From Escherichia coli (GTDB lineage Bacteria > Pseudomonadota > Gammaproteobacteria > Enterobacterales > Enterobacteriaceae), in the NCBI GenBank assembly GCA_025544715.1, contig GCA_025544715.1_4109.5: 23,806 bases of DNA. One strand, written 5' to 3'. The notes under the pieces are model-generated. The model was not told the DNA's origin. It did no database searches and was given only the letters and a program-made list of their open reading frames with translations. Each line of letters opens with the position of its first letter. Position 1 is the stretch's first letter. Both the position numbers and the translations under genes were made by a program. Shown piece after piece: positions 22,072 through 23,806 of this stretch.

Positions 22072-22081
22072 GGAAAGTACA

Positions 22082-22633
22082 ATGAGTTCAATGAGTTTAT
22101 TAGATACATTAGAAAAAGACAGAAGTGCCATTAAGCGTTTAAAAGAGCAAGTACAGAAGATTGTATACAACGTTGATAAGTTTGAGGTTCCCGGAAGATT
22201 TGGTGATATTTCCCATACGGAGATCAAATCCCTTAAGTCAGATTTGTTGATTAAAAATAAAAATGCGTTGATTTTAGTTTTGAGTTCAGATATGATGGGG
22301 GCAACACATAGTTATAATGCCGTATCAGTGCGTTCCGAGTGTGAAGGTATATATCTATCACAGGGTTTCAATAGTGAGACACAGGTTGGGTTTTGTGATG
22401 CTGTACATGACCCTATGAAGTTCACGAGAAGTGAAGCCCAAGCGTTATTAGAGCTATCAGACGAGAGTTTGTTTCAGTACAGTACAATGTATGACAATGA
22501 TAAGCTTCGTTGTATGTACGCTGTGAAGCATTATACACATGAGTTCTCTGGATTTGCATACCTTTTAGTTAGAACCAATACCTCATATATTGATATGTTA
22601 GAAGATTACATCGATAAAGTTGTTAATGTATGA
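22082..22633 (+). CDS. family-2 paralog (183 aa)
   Basis: ATG 22082 follows AAGGA (ORF-track start 22010 lies inside upstream gene); SDESLFQYSTMYDND motif. Confidence 0.6.
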   Translation: MSSMSLLDTLEKDRSAIKRLKEQVQKIVYNVDKFEVPGRFGDISHTEIKSLKSDLLIKNKNALILVLSSDMMGATHSYNAVSVRSECEGIYLSQGFNSETQVGFCDAVHDPMKFTRSEAQALLELSDESLFQYSTMYDNDKLRCMYAVKHYTHEFSGFAYLLVRTNTSYIDMLEDYIDKVVNV

Positions 22634-22652
22634 TGTATGATTATGGGATGGG

Positions 22653-22823
22653 ATGATGCTGATGAAAGAGTTATTTGAAGATCAGTTCAATACATATGTG
22701 GACAATATTCTTTATTCTAGCCGTGCTAGTCAACGAGGAAATCGTGCTTACAACATAGATTACCTATTAGTGGTGCTGAGTTCACAGTACACCTACGCTG
22801 TACAGAGGACATATTATGAATAG
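22653..22823 (+). CDS. doubtful small ORF (56 aa)
   Basis: translated by hand from ATG 22653; weak RBS; fills gap between neighbours on coding strand. Confidence 0.3.
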   Translation: MMLMKELFEDQFNTYVDNILYSSRASQRGNRAYNIDYLLVVLSSQYTYAVQRTYYE

Positions 22824-23025
22824 TGCAAGTAATAGTGATATTGCCAAGGAGAAGTTTAAGTGCAGTTTAGATTACGGTTTAAATGATTTTCTTACATGCA
22901 CAATGTACAGGGATGATGATTATGAACAATCCGTAATTTCGTTGCACAGATATTTCGAAATAATTTACGCAAGATATCTTAGAAGGTTAGAGGGAATAGG
23001 GGATTGGAATTATGATTACGTTTGA
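22816..23025 (+). CDS. hypothetical protein (69 aa)
   Basis: ORF on coding strand; end overlaps next start. Confidence 0.5.
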   Translation: MNSASNSDIAKEKFKCSLDYGLNDFLTCTMYRDDDYEQSVISLHRYFEIIYARYLRRLEGIGDWNYDYV

Positions 23026-23236
23026 AGAGCCGGAAGTGGCATATTGCTTTAGTGTGAAAGGTTTTGAATTCATGATGGATTCGATTTTGAAGGATACATA
23101 TTTGGTTCAGATTGCAGTTACAGATAATACAGATAATGTATTACAGCGTGTATTGAATATATACGAGAGGACGAGTCGAAGGCTTTGTGCAATGAAAAGG
23201 ATTGAAGAAATCAAGGTTTCTAGGCTGAATAAATAG
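23012..23236 (+). CDS. hypothetical protein (74 aa)
   Basis: ATGA-type overlap with upstream gene. Confidence 0.55.
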   Translation: MITFEEPEVAYCFSVKGFEFMMDSILKDTYLVQIAVTDNTDNVLQRVLNIYERTSRRLCAMKRIEEIKVSRLNK

Positions 23237-23427
23237 AGACATTTCGTTTTCACAGGCCGCTGGAGGGGGTCAAAAAAATTTCCGCTGAAAAACATGCTAA
23301 GGTATATGTTTAATATAAAGTTTTATATTGTGTTTTTCAGAGTACAGTTCATGTTTCCTTAAACAAAAATACCCCGCCGCCGAACGTGCTCTTTATATTG
23401 TAGTTTACCTTATTAATTATAGTAGAG

Positions 23428-23806
23428 ATGAAGATGGAAATAAAATATAATGAATTTTGTGCAAGGACATGGATGTACACTGGTGAGTTAGTTACGCACT
23501 CTAACTTATACAAGGGTGATTTAAACTACGCTAGGGACAAGATTTTAAAGTACTGGAATGCTGACTTTTATTTGATGGATTTTAGTACTGGGTTTAGGGG
23601 TAAAGCAACCGAGATGTTGGACTATACAGTACTTGATGATGCTGCACTGTTTCAGGAGGCATTAGTATTTGACAAGAAGTACATCTGTACATTAGAAGAG
23701 ATGATTGAATTACAGCGTAGAATTAAATGTATTCACAGGGAATGTATAGATATCTGGTGCAGTACTGGTGAAGATGATTTTTGTAATCATTTCAATCTAG
23801 GGGAAG
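23428..23806 (+). CDS. family-2 paralog, 3'-truncated by window end
   Basis: translated by hand: MKMEIKYNEF...LDDAALFQEALVFDKKY...; no stop before window end; start may be 23434. Confidence 0.55.
   Translation, partial: MKMEIKYNEFCARTWMYTGELVTHSNLYKGDLNYARDKILKYWNADFYLMDFSTGFRGKATEMLDYTVLDDAALFQEALVFDKKYICTLEEMIELQRRIKCIHRECIDIWCSTGEDDFCNHFNLGE

Noticed and set aside
9290-23295. Minus-strand and alternate-frame ORFs in the array zones (9290-9502, 10982-11170, 15125-15325, 17978-18184, 18081-18263, 19792-20007, 20365-20592, 20957-21154, 21744-21941, 21982-22227, 23107-23295)
   Set aside because: They overlap family members on the coding strand; AT-rich sequence produces long chance ORFs.
14715-23806. 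Reading the E-x-[YF]-F-Q-[SG] motif as a 3C/TEV-type protease cleavage site
   Set aside because: The motif is internal to separately initiated proteins rather than at polyprotein junctions, and no protease gene is evident; the resemblance is probably coincidental. Untested.
1-23806. Assigning the window to a specific phage genus (T5-like or T4-like)
   Set aside because: Promoter style and cassette organisation are suggestive but no signature gene was recognised by eye; this needs a database search.

Overview
The window reads as a densely packed, entirely plus-strand gene block of a virulent tailed-phage-like genome; I could not identify the phage. All calls come from reading the sequence and the ORF track by eye, and no database search, alignment or folding program was run. 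Three zones: (1) 1-8.7 kb holds about 24 short genes, most behind near-consensus sigma70-type promoters (TTGACA/TTGCAT, 16-17 nt spacer, TATAAT) and 5' stem-loops. It includes a TraR/DksA-like zinc-finger protein, a GNAT-like acetyltransferase and a minimal protein-kinase-like protein. A promoter-terminator module occurs three times here. (2) 8.97-14.7 kb is a tandem array of 26 paralogous small genes (65-88 aa, about 213-bp units, mostly joined by 4-bp ATGA overlaps) sharing an LGTNYQ-type motif. (3) 14.7-23.8 kb holds a second paralogous family (100-200 aa) sharing an acidic-FQ motif, at least 14 members. The two paralog arrays are the most likely candidate for an undescribed system. No rRNA, tRNA, CRISPR array or transposase was seen. 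Several ORF-track starts are TTG codons or ATGs inside hairpin loops and were moved to the RBS-supported ATG/GTG.
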